DNA of 64,000 nt from Candidatus Eiseniibacteriota bacterium (GTDB lineage: Bacteria; Eisenbacteria; RBG-16-71-46): contig JBGPFC010000005.1 of the NCBI GenBank assembly GCA_041483195.1, forward strand, positions 32,001 to 96,000. The letters run 5' to 3'. This document shows, piece by piece, positions 1-8,694 of this stretch. Under the pieces are notes generated by a model. It made no database searches. It was not told the DNA's origin and worked only from the letters and a program-made list of their open reading frames with translations. A program made the translations under genes and the position numbers. Positions within the stretch are counted from its first letter, which is position 1, and each line of letters starts with the position of its first letter.

Positions 1-1
1 G

Positions 2-385
2 CTCGCGAGACATTTCCTCGCCGAGCTCGGCCCCGACGCGGGCCCCGCGCCGCGAATCGCCGCGGCGACCCTCGACGTGCTGATGCGGTATCCATGGCCG
101 GGAAATTGCCGCGAGCTGCGCAACGCGCTGCGGAGCGCGGCGGTGCTCGCCGGAACGGCGACGATCCAGCCCGGCCATCTGCCGCGCGCGGTGATGCGCG
201 CCGCCTCGGAGGGCGCCGCGGTGGATGCGCCCTCGACGCTGGTCGCGGTCGAGCGCGAACACATCCGGCAGGCGCTCGAGCACGTCGGAGGAAATCGCAG
301 CCGCGCCGCGCGGCTGCTCGGCATCGATCGCGGCACGCTCGCGCGCAAGATCCGGAGCCTCGGCCTGGACCCGCCCGCGCGATGA
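2..385 (+). CDS. Sigma-54-dependent transcriptional activator, C-terminal part (5' truncated by window edge)
   Basis: Open from position 2; YPWPGNCRELRN AAA+ lid motif and Fis-type HTH (GNRSRAARLLGIDRGTLARK). Confidence 0.9.
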   Translation, partial: LARHFLAELGPDAGPAPRIAAATLDVLMRYPWPGNCRELRNALRSAAVLAGTATIQPGHLPRAVMRAASEGAAVDAPSTLVAVEREHIRQALEHVGGNRSRAARLLGIDRGTLARKIRSLGLDPPAR

Positions 386-951
386 GCCGACCCGGGCCCA
401 GGGCGCAGACCCCACCGCATTCCCACTCCCCGCCGAAGCCACGGTCCGCGCCCCGGTCCGCCAGCAGCCGCGCGGTCGCCTTCTTTCTCGCCCGCTTCGT
501 CGGCGGGTGGCTCGCGGTGCTGGTGCTGTTCGCGTTCGCGCCGGGGATCGAGCGCTGGATGGTGCGGCACACCATCGGCAGCCTGCTGTTCGTCACCCAT
601 CTGTTCCGAATGCACAGCCAGTCCTCCGGCACCGACCTCAGCATGGGCGGCGTCTCGCTCCAGATCGTTCCCGACTGCACGCCGCTGATGCCGACGGCCG
701 CCCTGTGGATCGCGATCGTCGCGTTCCCCGCCCCGTGGAGAGCGAGGCTGACCGGGCTCGGCGCCGGGGCGCTGCTGCTGTGGGCGTACAACCTGTTGCG
801 CATCCTCGCCCTGATCCCGGTGCTCGCGCACCGGCCGGAGCTGTTCGAGTTCATTCACGTGTACCTGTGGCAGACCATGACGCTGCTCGTGGTGTTCGCG
901 ATCTTCCTGCTCTGGTTGCGCTTTCAGGAGCCGAAATTGAGCGCGGCATGA
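382..951 (+). CDS. Exosortase/archaeosortase family protein (exosortase H-like)
   Basis: ATG overlaps the upstream stop (ATGA). Multi-TM protein with Cys (IVPDCT), Arg (NLLRI) and His (FIHVYLWQ) in exosortase catalytic-triad order. Confidence 0.8.
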   Translation: MSRPGPRAQTPPHSHSPPKPRSAPRSASSRAVAFFLARFVGGWLAVLVLFAFAPGIERWMVRHTIGSLLFVTHLFRMHSQSSGTDLSMGGVSLQIVPDCTPLMPTAALWIAIVAFPAPWRARLTGLGAGALLLWAYNLLRILALIPVLAHRPELFEFIHVYLWQTMTLLVVFAIFLLWLRFQEPKLSAA

Positions 952-1430
952 AGTGGCTGGGGCGGTTCATCCTGTGGTCCACGCTGCTGGCCATCCCGTG
1001 CTGGCTGATCTCACACGGATACCAGCGCGCGCTGGCGCGCGCGGCATCGCTGGTGTTCGCCGCCTGCGGACAGACCGTCGCGATCGACGACATCGAGGTG
1101 ATGGCGCCGTTCGATCTGGGCATCTTCGCGGCGATGTGCCTCGCGAGCCTGACGGCGCCGTGGCTCGCGCGACGCCGCGCGCTGTTGGTGGGGGTCCCGA
1201 TCCTCGTCGCGCTCGAGGTGCTCACCGTGGTGCTCGGGATCGCGGTCTACATGGTCTGGCCACAGAACTCGAAGCAGCTCGAGGCCAGCCTCCGGCTCAC
1301 CGGCTACCTGATCGAGAGCATTCCCTGGGTGAGCGCCACGGTGGTCTGGCTGCTGCTGCTCGGCGCGTGGGAGCTGCCGCTCGCGCCGCAGCCGCCGCGC
1401 GCGCGGCCCGCGCGCGGCGTGCGCGCCTAG
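948..1430 (+). CDS. Membrane protein, probable exosortase-associated partner
   Basis: ATGA-coupled to the exosortase; about 4 hydrophobic helices (MKWLGRFILWSTLLAIPCW...). Confidence 0.7.
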   Translation: MKWLGRFILWSTLLAIPCWLISHGYQRALARAASLVFAACGQTVAIDDIEVMAPFDLGIFAAMCLASLTAPWLARRRALLVGVPILVALEVLTVVLGIAVYMVWPQNSKQLEASLRLTGYLIESIPWVSATVVWLLLLGAWELPLAPQPPRARPARGVRA

Positions 1431-1550
1431 CCACGCGCGCGGCGGCGGTCGCGCGCGGGGTGAACGCCCGCGCGCTTTCCCCGGGCGGTCGCCCTTGCTA
1501 GAGTCGGCGCGTACGCGTTCGACCCCACGGCCGTCGCCCCGGAGAAGCCC

Positions 1551-2003
1551 ATGCGCAAGCCAACGCAAGCCGATGCCGAGCTGCTGCTCCACCTCTACGA
1601 AATGCGTCGCGACCCCGAGCTGCGCCGCGGGCGCCAGTGGTTCCTGAGCGAGTTCGAGCCCGGCGACTGGAGCGAGATCAAGCCCCGTTACCTGAAGTTC
1701 AGCGATGAAGACCGCTGGTTCCGCATGACGGTATCGTACTGGGAGATGGTGGGTGCGATCGTCAACCGCGGACTGCTGGACGCCGAGCTGTTCTTCGATC
1801 ACACCGGCGAGGCGGTGGTGACCTGGGAACGCTGCAAGCCATGGATCGCCGGGGCGCGAGCGGCGATTCGGCCGACGTACCTCCTTCAATTCGAGCGCAT
1901 GGTCGCCGCCCAGCTCGCGTACCGGGCGAAGCAGCTCGCCGCGTTCAAAGCTTCCGCGGCGCGCGCGGCCGCGCCGCGCGGCGGCGCGAAGCGCAAGCGC
2001 TGA
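1551..2003 (+). CDS. DUF4760-like helical protein
   Basis: ADAELLLHLYEMRRDPELRRGRQWF...SYWEMVGAIVNRGLLD pattern; GGAG SD; extended -10 TGcTAGAGT upstream at about 1496-1504. Confidence 0.65.
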   Translation: MRKPTQADAELLLHLYEMRRDPELRRGRQWFLSEFEPGDWSEIKPRYLKFSDEDRWFRMTVSYWEMVGAIVNRGLLDAELFFDHTGEAVVTWERCKPWIAGARAAIRPTYLLQFERMVAAQLAYRAKQLAAFKASAARAAAPRGGAKRKR

Positions 2004-2004
2004 C

Positions 2005-3066
2005 ATGTCCTCGTCATTCGGCACGCTGTTCGTCGTCACCACCTTCGGCGAATCCCACGGGCCGGCGGTCGGCGTGGTGGTGGACGGCATGCCGCCCGGC
2101 ATCCGCGTCGAGAGCGCGGAGGTTCAGCGCGAGCTCGATCGGCGCCGGCCCGGGCAGAGCGCGCTCACCACGCAGCGCAAGGAGAGCGACACGGTCGAGA
2201 TCCTCTCCGGGATCTTCGAGGGCCTGAGCATGGGCACGCCGATCGCCATGCTGGTGCGCAATACCGACGCGCGCTCGAAGGACTACGAAGCGCTCAGGGA
2301 CGTCTTCCGCCCCGGCCACGCCGACTACGCGTACTTCGAGAAGTACGGGGTGCGCGACCACCGCGGCGGCGGCCGCGCCTCGGGACGCGAGACCGTCGGC
2401 CGGGTCGCGGCCGGCGCGCTCGCGCGCGCCGCGCTCGCGACGGTCGGAGTCCGGATCGTGGGCGGCACGGTGCAGGTGGGAGCGGTGCGCGCCGAGGCCC
2501 GGCACTGGGACGAGGTCGAGAAGAATCCGGTGCGCTGCCCCGACGCGACCGCGGCCGTGACGATGGCGCGGGTGATCGAGGAGGCCCGCGACGCGAAGGA
2601 TTCGGTGGGGGGCGTGGTCGAGGTGAACGCGTTGGGCGTTCCGGCCGGGTGGGGCGATCCCACCATGGCGAAGCTCGACGCGGCGATCGGCGCCGCGATG
2701 CTCTCGATCCCCGCGACCAAGGGGGTCGAGATCGGCGGCGGCTTCGGCATGTGCGAACGCCACGGCTCGGAGACCAACGACGTGTTCGACGGCGAGCGCT
2801 TCCTCACCAACTTCGCGGGAGGCATCAACGGAGGGATCTCCAGCGGCGCCCCGATCGTCGCGCGCGTGGCGGTGCGCCCGGCGACCTCGATCGGGAAGCC
2901 CCAGACCGCGGCGATGCGCGGGGGCGGCACCACCACCATCGCGATCGAGGGTCGTCACGACCCCTGCATCTGCCCGCGCGTGGTGCCGGTCGCCGAGAGC
3001 ATGCTGGCGCTGGTGCTCGCCGATGCGTGGCTGCGCCAGCGAGCGCTGCGCGGGAGGGAAGCCTGA
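2005..3066 (+). CDS. aroC: Chorismate synthase
   Basis: TFGESHG, RPGHAD, GGGRASGRET and GRHDPCI motifs. Confidence 0.98.
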   Translation: MSSSFGTLFVVTTFGESHGPAVGVVVDGMPPGIRVESAEVQRELDRRRPGQSALTTQRKESDTVEILSGIFEGLSMGTPIAMLVRNTDARSKDYEALRDVFRPGHADYAYFEKYGVRDHRGGGRASGRETVGRVAAGALARAALATVGVRIVGGTVQVGAVRAEARHWDEVEKNPVRCPDATAAVTMARVIEEARDAKDSVGGVVEVNALGVPAGWGDPTMAKLDAAIGAAMLSIPATKGVEIGGGFGMCERHGSETNDVFDGERFLTNFAGGINGGISSGAPIVARVAVRPATSIGKPQTAAMRGGGTTTIAIEGRHDPCICPRVVPVAESMLALVLADAWLRQRALRGREA

Positions 3067-3080
3067 ACGACCGCCGTCGA

Positions 3081-3110
3081 TTGACCCGCCTCGAAAACGC
3101 GTGCTAGGCT
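3081..3110 (+). promoter_or_regulatory. Sigma-70 promoter for the aroF leader
   Basis: TTGACC, 18-nt spacer, TAGGCT with extended TGn. Confidence 0.65.
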
Positions 3111-3140
3111 CGATGCCTCGTTCGACGGAGGTTTGCGCGA

Positions 3141-3224
3141 ATGTTCGGCACCGGGAACTACGAGTGGATCTGGCGCGGGTACGGCTACGCGTGGCGTGGC
3201 CGGGAGACCGCGTCGCTCCGCTGA
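3141..3224 (+). CDS. Aromatic-amino-acid-rich leader peptide MFGTGNYEWIWRGYGYAWRGRETASLR (attenuator peptide for aroF)
   Basis: GGAGGT SD at 3127-3132; 27 codons with 3 Trp, 3 Tyr and 1 Phe among the first 18; followed by a terminator and then DAHP synthase. Confidence 0.8.
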   Translation: MFGTGNYEWIWRGYGYAWRGRETASLR

Positions 3225-3251
3225 TTTCCTCGAGCCTCGCGCGCACTCCCT

Positions 3252-3280
3252 GCCCATGCCTTCGCGGCGTGGGCGTTTTC
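3252..3280 (+). terminator. Attenuator terminator hairpin
   Basis: GCCCATGCC-TTCGC-GGCGTGGGC then GTTTTC; 5' arm can alternatively pair with 3193-3206 (antiterminator). Confidence 0.7.
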
Positions 3281-3304
3281 ATTGGCGGCTGACCGGAGTC
3301 CCAC

Positions 3305-4318
3305 ATGCTGGTGCTGCTCAAACGCGGCGTGAGTGAGCCCGCGATCAACGAGCTCACCTCCTGGCTGCGCATGGCCGGGCTGGGCGTGCATCGCGCCGAC
3401 CACGACGGCCACGTGCGGCTCGCCGCGCTGAGCGATACCGGACTGCTCGACTGGGAGCAGGTGAGGAAGCTCCCGGGCGTCGAATCGGTGACGAAGATCG
3501 CCGTGCCCTTCAAGCTGGTGAGCCGCGCGTTTCATCCGCACGACACGGTGATCACGGTGGGCCGCTGCGCGATCGGCAGCCAGCAGCTCGCGCTGATGGC
3601 GGGGCCCTGCTCGGTCGAGGGCGAAGCCCAGGCCTTCACCATCGCCGAGGCGGTGGCGAAGGCCGGCGCGACCATCATGCGCGGCGGAGCCTACAAGCCG
3701 CGCACCTCGCCATACTCGTTCCAGGGGCTGGGCGAGGAGGGCCTGAAGCTCCTGCGCCGCGCGGCGGACGCGAACGGCCTGGCGGTGGTGAGCGAGGTGA
3801 TGGACTCGCAGCAGGTAGCGCTGGTCGCGCGCTACGCCGACATCCTGCAGGTCGGCGCGCGCAACATGCAGAACTTCTCGCTGCTGAAGGAGGTCGGGCA
3901 GGCGGGCAAGCCGGTACTCCTCAAGCGCGGCCTCGCCTCGACCATCGAGGAATGGCTGATGAGCGCCGAACACATCCTCTCGCAGGGCAACGCGCAGGTG
4001 ATCCTCTGCGAGCGCGGCATCCGCACGTTCGAGACCTACACGCGGAACACGCTCGACCTCAACGCGATTCCGGTGGTGAAGGAGCTGAGCCACCTGCCGG
4101 TGATCGTCGACCCATCGCACGGCACCGGGATCCGCAACAAGGTGGCGCCGATGGCGCGCGCCGCGATCGCCGCCGGCGCCGACGGGCTCATCATCGAGGT
4201 GCATCACGACCCCGACCACGCGCTCTCGGACGGCGCGCAGTCGCTGTATCCCGCGCAGTACGTCGAGCTGGTGGAGCAGATCCGGACGATCGCGACGGTG
4301 CTGGGAAGAACGGTGTGA
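3305..4318 (+). CDS. aroF: DAHP synthase type I-beta with N-terminal regulatory domain
   Basis: AGPCSVE, RGGAYKPRTSPYSFQG, QVGARNMQNF, LLKRG, CERGIRT and DPSH motifs. Confidence 0.97.
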   Translation: MLVLLKRGVSEPAINELTSWLRMAGLGVHRADHDGHVRLAALSDTGLLDWEQVRKLPGVESVTKIAVPFKLVSRAFHPHDTVITVGRCAIGSQQLALMAGPCSVEGEAQAFTIAEAVAKAGATIMRGGAYKPRTSPYSFQGLGEEGLKLLRRAADANGLAVVSEVMDSQQVALVARYADILQVGARNMQNFSLLKEVGQAGKPVLLKRGLASTIEEWLMSAEHILSQGNAQVILCERGIRTFETYTRNTLDLNAIPVVKELSHLPVIVDPSHGTGIRNKVAPMARAAIAAGADGLIIEVHHDPDHALSDGAQSLYPAQYVELVEQIRTIATVLGRTV

Positions 4319-4345
4319 CGAGCGAGACTCGCGATTGCGCCGCGA

Positions 4346-4912
4346 CTACTCGCGCCGGGCCCACAGCCGCTTCCAGATCACGGTGCCCTGTCCGGGCGTG
4401 ACGTACTCGAGCAGCATCGATCCACCGATGTGCCCGTCATCGAAGGTCGCGAAGACAAAGGGCCGATCGAGCAGCGTGATGCCCTCGCGATCGTAGAACC
4501 CCATCCTGCCGCCCAGCACGCCGGGGAAGGGGATAAGCTCCGGGTGCGCGACCAGACTGTCCCTCAGCTGATTCGCCGGATCGACCAGCCCCGCTCTGCG
4601 CAGGTCCAGCTCATCCGAGGGCTCGAACATGGTGCGTTTGGCCAGCCACGTGTGCCGGATCGCCTGTTGCCAGCGCCTCGACTGGAGCTGCGCCACGGTC
4701 GCGGTCCAGACCCAGTACAGCGAGTCCCGGGTGCCAAGCTCGTCGGGAGGGCGTGGGAAGGTCACCGTGCTTCCCAGAGAATCGAGGACCACGGAGGTCC
4801 AGTGTCGGATAGAACGAACTCTCTGCTCTGCACGTTGCCACTGAATCCCGAAAAAGGCGCACAGCAGAAGGCTGATCGCCACGAGGACGCCGGGCGGACC
4901 CAATCTCTGCAT
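4346..4912 (-). CDS. Conserved hypothetical membrane-anchored protein
   Basis: ATG with AAGGA SD; N-terminal TM; C-terminal LIPFPGVLGGRMGF...FDDGHIGGSMLLEY block looks conserved; lower GC than flanks. Confidence 0.7.
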   Translation of the reverse strand: MQRLGPPGVLVAISLLLCAFFGIQWQRAEQRVRSIRHWTSVVLDSLGSTVTFPRPPDELGTRDSLYWVWTATVAQLQSRRWQQAIRHTWLAKRTMFEPSDELDLRRAGLVDPANQLRDSLVAHPELIPFPGVLGGRMGFYDREGITLLDRPFVFATFDDGHIGGSMLLEYVTPGQGTVIWKRLWARRE

Positions 4913-5022
4913 GCTGTGTGTCCTTGAATCCGAGTCCACGCGCCGACCCTCCGCTACGGGCTGAGCCACTCCGACCCGCATCGGGAATCGTTATCGGCAT
5001 CTGGAATGGAATTCGTGAGGGA

Positions 5023-5757
5023 TCACCGCGCGCGATAGATCGCCTTGAGGCCGCCCCAGCTGGCGCGACTCGCGGCGGTGGCCGGGTCGGCCGCGACGCA
5101 CAGCACGTGCGGATCGGGAGCGGCGAGCGCGACGAAGCTGGTGCCGAGCCCCTCGGTGGGAACCAGGTATTGCTGGCCGCCCGGAGCGAACGTGATGAGC
5201 GCGACCTCGAGCGCCTTCACGCACGCGCCCGGGGCGCCGCCGCGCTGAAAGCGGAGGCTGGCGGACACACTCGCGTGGGCGGGAAGCGCGTCGGTGTCCA
5301 GCCGCAGGACGTGCGCGGACATGCCGGCGTCGGTCACGATCGGGCCGAACGACGGCGGGAGGGCGAACGCGAGCGCCGGCGCGACCACGATCTGCCCAGA
5401 CGCCGGAACCGAAGCCGCGCTCCAGGTCGCACTCGTGAGCGTCCAGCCGTCTGGCCATTCGGCGACGATGCACTCGCCGCATCGGGTCACGATCGTGTAC
5501 ACCCCGTGGTGCGTGAACCCGCACAGCACCAGACCGGTCGCGAGGCACTCCGAGCCAAAGTCCACGCAGCCCCGATCGGTCGCGATCGTGACCTGAGAGT
5601 CCACCACGATCTGTTCGACGACGAACGTGAATTGAGCCGTACACGTCCCGTCACCCGGGCACAGCTGCGAGAAGCCCGGCGGCAGGCAGCCGCCCAGGAC
5701 CCATGGTGCGCAGAGCAGGGCGAGCGGAGCGAGATGGGCGAGCGAGGCGCGTCGCAT
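5023..5757 (-). CDS. Cys-rich putative lipoprotein with C-terminal SWGGLKAIYR motif
   Basis: Signal peptide with lipobox LGGC; multiple Cys; C-terminus ...RASWGGLKAIYRAR. Confidence 0.75.
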   Translation of the reverse strand: MRRASLAHLAPLALLCAPWVLGGCLPPGFSQLCPGDGTCTAQFTFVVEQIVVDSQVTIATDRGCVDFGSECLATGLVLCGFTHHGVYTIVTRCGECIVAEWPDGWTLTSATWSAASVPASGQIVVAPALAFALPPSFGPIVTDAGMSAHVLRLDTDALPAHASVSASLRFQRGGAPGACVKALEVALITFAPGGQQYLVPTEGLGTSFVALAAPDPHVLCVAADPATAASRASWGGLKAIYRAR

Positions 5758-5816
5758 GGCGATCATGTTCTCACAGACGCGGCCTCGCGCCGCCGAGCCG
5801 TGGCGCGGGCGCATTC

Positions 5817-5846
5817 TTGACATCGCATCGCGCCTCCGGCTTAATC
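5817..5846 (+). promoter_or_regulatory. Probable sigma-70 promoter for tRNA-Val-thrS
   Basis: Perfect TTGACA at 5817-5822; weaker -10 (CTTAAT) 17 nt downstream. Confidence 0.5.
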
Positions 5847-5857
5847 GTCCGCTCCGC

Positions 5858-5933
5858 GGGCGATTAGCTCAGTTGGTAGAGCACTTGCTCGACAAGCAAG
5901 GGGTCACTGGTTCAAGTCCAGTATCGCCCACCA
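5858..5933 (+). tRNA. tRNA-Val(GAC)
   Basis: 76-nt cloverleaf; anticodon arm CTTGC-TCGACAA-GCAAG; GGTTCAAGTCC T arm; encoded CCA. Confidence 0.97.
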
Positions 5934-5998
5934 TTGTTCACGCCGCGCGCCGGCCGCAGCCCGCGTCCCGCGGCCCGCTGAGGACTACCGCCGTGTCG

Positions 5999-7771
5999 AT
6001 GACCACCATCCCCGAGGATCGGCCCGAGGTCGCCCGCTATCCCGGGGGCGAGGCGCTCTACCGCCTGCGCCATTCGGCGGCGCACGTGCTCGCGACCGCG
6101 GTGGTCGAGCTGTTCCCCGACGTGAAGGTGGCGGGCGGGCCGCCCATCGAGAACGGGTTCTACTACGACTTCGCCCGCGAGCAGCCCTTCACCCCCGAGG
6201 ACCTCGAGAAGATCGAGGCGCGCATGCGCGAGATCGTGGCCGCGAACCAGCGCTTCGAATACAGCGAGACCGACAAGGCGGAAGCGCGGGCTCGCTTCGA
6301 GGCGGCGGGGGAGAAGTACAAGCTCCACTTCCTGTCCGTGATTCCCGATGGCGCGAAGGTCACCTACTACAGGAACGGCCCGTTCCTCGACCTCTGCCGC
6401 GGCCCGCACCTGGCGGGCACCGGCGAGCTGAAGGCGTTCAAGCTCACCCACGTCGCGGGCGCCTACTGGCTGGGGCAGGAACGCAACGAGATGCTCCAGC
6501 GCATCTACGGCACCGCCTTCCCATCGCAGGCCGACCTCGACGAGCACCTGAAGCGCGTCGAGGAATCGCTCAAGCGCGACCATCGCAAGCTGGGGCGCGA
6601 GCTCGACCTGTACTCGATCCACGAGGAAGTCGGCGGCGGCCTCATCTTCTGGCATCCGAAGCTGGGGATGGTGCGCCATCTGATGGAGAAGCTGTGGAAG
6701 GACGAGCACCTCCGGCGCGGCTATCAGCTGGTCTACACCCCGCACATCGCGAACGAGAAGCTGTTCGAGATCTCCGGGCACCTCCAGAACTACGCGGACC
6801 TCATGTATTCCGCGATGGATATCGACGGCCAGCCGTATCGCATGAAGCCGATGAACTGCCCCGGACACATCATGATCTACAACAGCCGCAAGCATTCCTA
6901 TCGCGATCTGCCGCTGCGCTTCGCGGAGCTCGGCACCGTTTACCGCTACGAGCGCTCTGGCGTGCTCCATGGCATGGAACGCGTGCGCGGCTTCACCCAG
7001 GACGACTCCCACATCTTCTGCACCCCGGATCAGCTGGCCGGCGAGGTCGAGGGCATCCTCGACCTGATGGACTACCTGCTGCGCACCTTCGGATACGAGT
7101 ACAGCTGCTACCTCGCGACCCGGCCGAAGGAGAAGACCATCGGCAGCGACGAGGAGTGGGCGTTCGCGACCGACGCGCTGCGCAACGCGCTCGAGCATCG
7201 CGGCCTGCCCTACGAGGTCGACGAAGGCGGCGGCGCGTTCTACGCGCCCAAGATCGACGTCAAGCTGCGCGACGCGCTGGGCCGCGAGTGGCAGTGCCCG
7301 ACCATCCAGGTGGATCTCACCCTGCCGAAGCGCTTCGGCGTCCATTACACCGGACCCGACGGACAGGACCACGAGGTCATCATGCTGCACCGCGCGCTCT
7401 ACGGCTCGCTCGAGCGCTTCGCCGGGATCTACATCGAGCACACCGGCGCAGAGTTTCCAGTGTGGATCGCGCCAGTGCAGGTGAAGGTCATCCCCGCGAA
7501 CCCGAAGGCGCTCGACTACGCCGTCGACACGGCGCGGCTGTTGAGGGAAGGCGGCGTGCGCGCCGAGGTGGACCTGCGCGACGAGAAGATGGGCGCCAAG
7601 ATCCGCGACGCCGAGCTCGAGAAGGTGCCATACATGCTGATCGTGGGACCGCGCGAGGCCGAGGCCGGCACCGTTTCGCCGCGCCGCAAGGGCGTGGGCC
7701 AGCTCGAGGCCGTCACCCGCCAGGCGTTCCTCGAGCGCGTGCAGCGGGAGTCGCGCGAGCGCAGCGGGTAG
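5999..7771 (+). CDS. thrS: Threonyl-tRNA synthetase (short form without N-terminal TGS domain)
   Basis: RHSAAHVLA, GFYYD, DLCRGPH, RDHRKLG, KPMNCPGH, YRYERSG, RVRGFTQDD motifs. Confidence 0.97.
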   Translation: MTTIPEDRPEVARYPGGEALYRLRHSAAHVLATAVVELFPDVKVAGGPPIENGFYYDFAREQPFTPEDLEKIEARMREIVAANQRFEYSETDKAEARARFEAAGEKYKLHFLSVIPDGAKVTYYRNGPFLDLCRGPHLAGTGELKAFKLTHVAGAYWLGQERNEMLQRIYGTAFPSQADLDEHLKRVEESLKRDHRKLGRELDLYSIHEEVGGGLIFWHPKLGMVRHLMEKLWKDEHLRRGYQLVYTPHIANEKLFEISGHLQNYADLMYSAMDIDGQPYRMKPMNCPGHIMIYNSRKHSYRDLPLRFAELGTVYRYERSGVLHGMERVRGFTQDDSHIFCTPDQLAGEVEGILDLMDYLLRTFGYEYSCYLATRPKEKTIGSDEEWAFATDALRNALEHRGLPYEVDEGGGAFYAPKIDVKLRDALGREWQCPTIQVDLTLPKRFGVHYTGPDGQDHEVIMLHRALYGSLERFAGIYIEHTGAEFPVWIAPVQVKVIPANPKALDYAVDTARLLREGGVRAEVDLRDEKMGAKIRDAELEKVPYMLIVGPREAEAGTVSPRRKGVGQLEAVTRQAFLERVQRESRERSG

Positions 7772-7860
7772 CGCCGGGGAAGCGGCACGGGCGCATCCGG
7801 CGGCGCGGAGCCGCGATCGCTTCGTGTCCAGACGCTCGCCCGCTCGAGCTCAGCGCGGCT

Positions 7861-8535
7861 TCACTTCCCTCCGAAATGAAACCCGAAGCCCCCCGCCGCC
7901 TCGAAGCTGCTCGGCCACCACGTCACCTTCGCTCCCTTGTCCTTCGCCGTCGCGTAGCCCCACACGTTTCCAACCTGTCCGGCCAGACTCACCGCCGGCG
8001 AGATCATGATGAAGCCGCCGATTCTAGCCGAAACCCCGAGCCGGGTGGTGGTCGGACCGGTCACGTTCGAACTGGGCGGCGTCGTCCCGAACACGTTCTC
8101 GTACTTCGCATGCCCCGCCCAGTACTCGACGCCCGGTCCCGCGAACACCACGAGACGCTCGCCCACCCGGCCCACCCGGTCGCCTCCGACTCTCAGCTTG
8201 AACCCGGTCGATGAGTACTTGTGGTCGGGGCTGTTCGCCGGCGGGTTGTTTCCCGCGACATCCTTCTCGCTGAAGAATCCGGCCGCCGCCGACAAGCTCA
8301 ACGCGTAGTCGTCCCGGAGCAGGTACCAGTACTGTCCCCCCAGCTCGATCTGGGAGCTGGGATCTCCGGTATCGACGGTCGAATAGTTCGCAGCACCGAC
8401 CACCGGATTCGCGAGGTCCGCCTGTCCCTGCCCGATCTGGATCGCGAATACGGATGAGCCGCGGCCCATGCCGAACGCGTCGAAGCCGCCCACGAGCATC
8501 GCGAGCACGGACACCACGATTGCTTTGCTCAGCAT
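7861..8535 (-). CDS. Outer-membrane beta-barrel protein
   Basis: Signal peptide; alternating amphipathic Gly/aromatic strands; C-terminal FGFHF; AGGAGG SD. Confidence 0.8.
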   Translation of the reverse strand: MLSKAIVVSVLAMLVGGFDAFGMGRGSSVFAIQIGQGQADLANPVVGAANYSTVDTGDPSSQIELGGQYWYLLRDDYALSLSAAAGFFSEKDVAGNNPPANSPDHKYSSTGFKLRVGGDRVGRVGERLVVFAGPGVEYWAGHAKYENVFGTTPPSSNVTGPTTTRLGVSARIGGFIMISPAVSLAGQVGNVWGYATAKDKGAKVTWWPSSFEAAGGFGFHFGGK

Positions 8536-8591
8536 GTCAGCCTCCTTAGGGAAAGAGGGTCAACCACGCCCGATGACGCGAGGACCGCGGC

Positions 8592-8620
8592 AGGCTATGA
8601 GTGGGGTGGGGGAGTGTCAA
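8592..8620 (-). promoter_or_regulatory. Sigma-70 promoter for the beta-barrel gene
   Basis: Minus strand TTGACA, 17-nt spacer, TAGCCT. Confidence 0.7.
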
Positions 8621-8665
8621 ACGCGTGGGAAGCTCCCGCCGCGACGCCCTGCACCCGATGCCGGC

Positions 8666-8694
8666 TTGCAATGCGGCGGCCCCGCCCGTAGACT
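8666..8694 (+). promoter_or_regulatory. Sigma-70 promoter of infC-rpmI-rplT
   Basis: TTGCAA, 17-nt spacer, TAGACT. Confidence 0.7.

Noticed and set aside
4319..5857. Genomic island at tRNA-Val (tRNA-Arg at 36605 also considered)
   Set aside because: No integrase or duplicated tRNA end seen, and the genes lie 5' of the tRNA
5756..5998. In-frame upstream extension of thrS
   Set aside because: It runs through the tRNA-Val gene and its promoter
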